From Mobula hypostoma (lineage: Eukaryota), in assembly GCF_963921235.1 (NCBI RefSeq), contig NC_086107.1, forward strand, positions 103,666,001 through 103,730,000: a stretch of DNA of 64,000 bases, in the 5' to 3' direction. The number at the start of each line of letters is the position of its first letter. The first letter of the stretch is position 1. This document shows positions 63,400 to 64,000 of the stretch, in pieces. The position numbers and the translations under genes were made by a program. The notes under the pieces were generated by a model. That model was not told the origin of the DNA. It searched no databases and worked only from the letters and a program-made list of their open reading frames with translations.

Positions 63400-63932
63400 G
63401 CAACACAAAATGCTGGAGGAACTCAGCAGGTCAGGCAGCTTCTGTGGGAAAAAATAAACAGCCAACATTTCGGTCCGAGACCCTTCATCAGGACAGGAAA
63501 AAAAAGATGGGGGGGGTCAGAGTACGAAGGGGGGGAGGGGAGGAAGAACCACCAAGGCGATAGGTGAAAGTGGGGGGGAGGGGAGTTGTGAAGTAAAGAG
63601 CTGGGAAATTGATTGGAGGAAGAGATACAGGGCTGGAGAAGGGGGAATCCGATAGGAGAGGATGGAAGGCCACGGAAGAAAGAAAAGGGGGAGGAGCACC
63701 AGAGGGAGGCGATGGGCAGGTAGGGAGATGAGGTGAGAGAGAGGAATGGTGAAGGGGGAGGCATTACCAGAAGTTCGAGAAATCAGTGTTCATGCCATCA
63801 GCTTGGAGGCTACCCAGATGGAATAAAGGGTGTTGCTCGTCCTACCTGAGTGTTGGCCTCATTGCGACAGTAGAGGAGGCCATGGATGGACATAGTGGAA
63901 TGGGAGTGGGAAGTGGAATTAAAATGGGCGGC
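63400..63932 (-). mobile_element. Penelope-like terminal fragment with hammerhead motif
   Basis: Minus strand ctgatgaagggtctcggaccgaaatgttggctg at ~63459-63492. Confidence 0.8.
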
Positions 63933-64000
63933 TACTTTGGACTGTGGGAGGAAACCAGAGCACCCAGAGGAAACCAACAGGGAGGATGTACAGACTCCTT

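Overview
This is eukaryotic, repeat-dense vertebrate DNA. The CR1, Penelope, V-SINE, Deu-SINE and Rex1 content suggests a cartilaginous fish (ray or shark); that is an inference. The window holds the 5' coding part of one + strand TEAD (TEF-1 family) transcription-factor gene. Seven coding exons with canonical AG/GT sites and consistent phases are at 9930-10131, 42823-42887, 43449-43511, 52660-52779, 57706/57724-57770, 60481-60545 and 62718-62851, and the gene continues past the window end. It appears to start at a non-AUG (ATA) codon and mixes TEAD1-like and TEAD2-like features, so it is probably a chondrichthyan TEAD2 ortholog. The introns are packed with nested transposons: one CR1 with an uninterrupted 970-aa ORF2, many CR1 and Rex1 fragments, Penelope fragments with minimal hammerhead ribozymes, internally deleted Tc1 elements, RTE and HERO pieces, a hAT MITE and a solo LTR. 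There are also two ~3.6 kb minisatellites with ~32-bp units and higher-order structure. The most notable unexplained signal is a U_UUA_AAC slippery heptamer conserved at the ORF1/ORF2 junction of two distinct CR1 elements, with ORF2 in the -1 frame. There is no CRISPR or prokaryotic system. All family assignments are from recalled motifs, not database searches, and TE boundaries are approximate.
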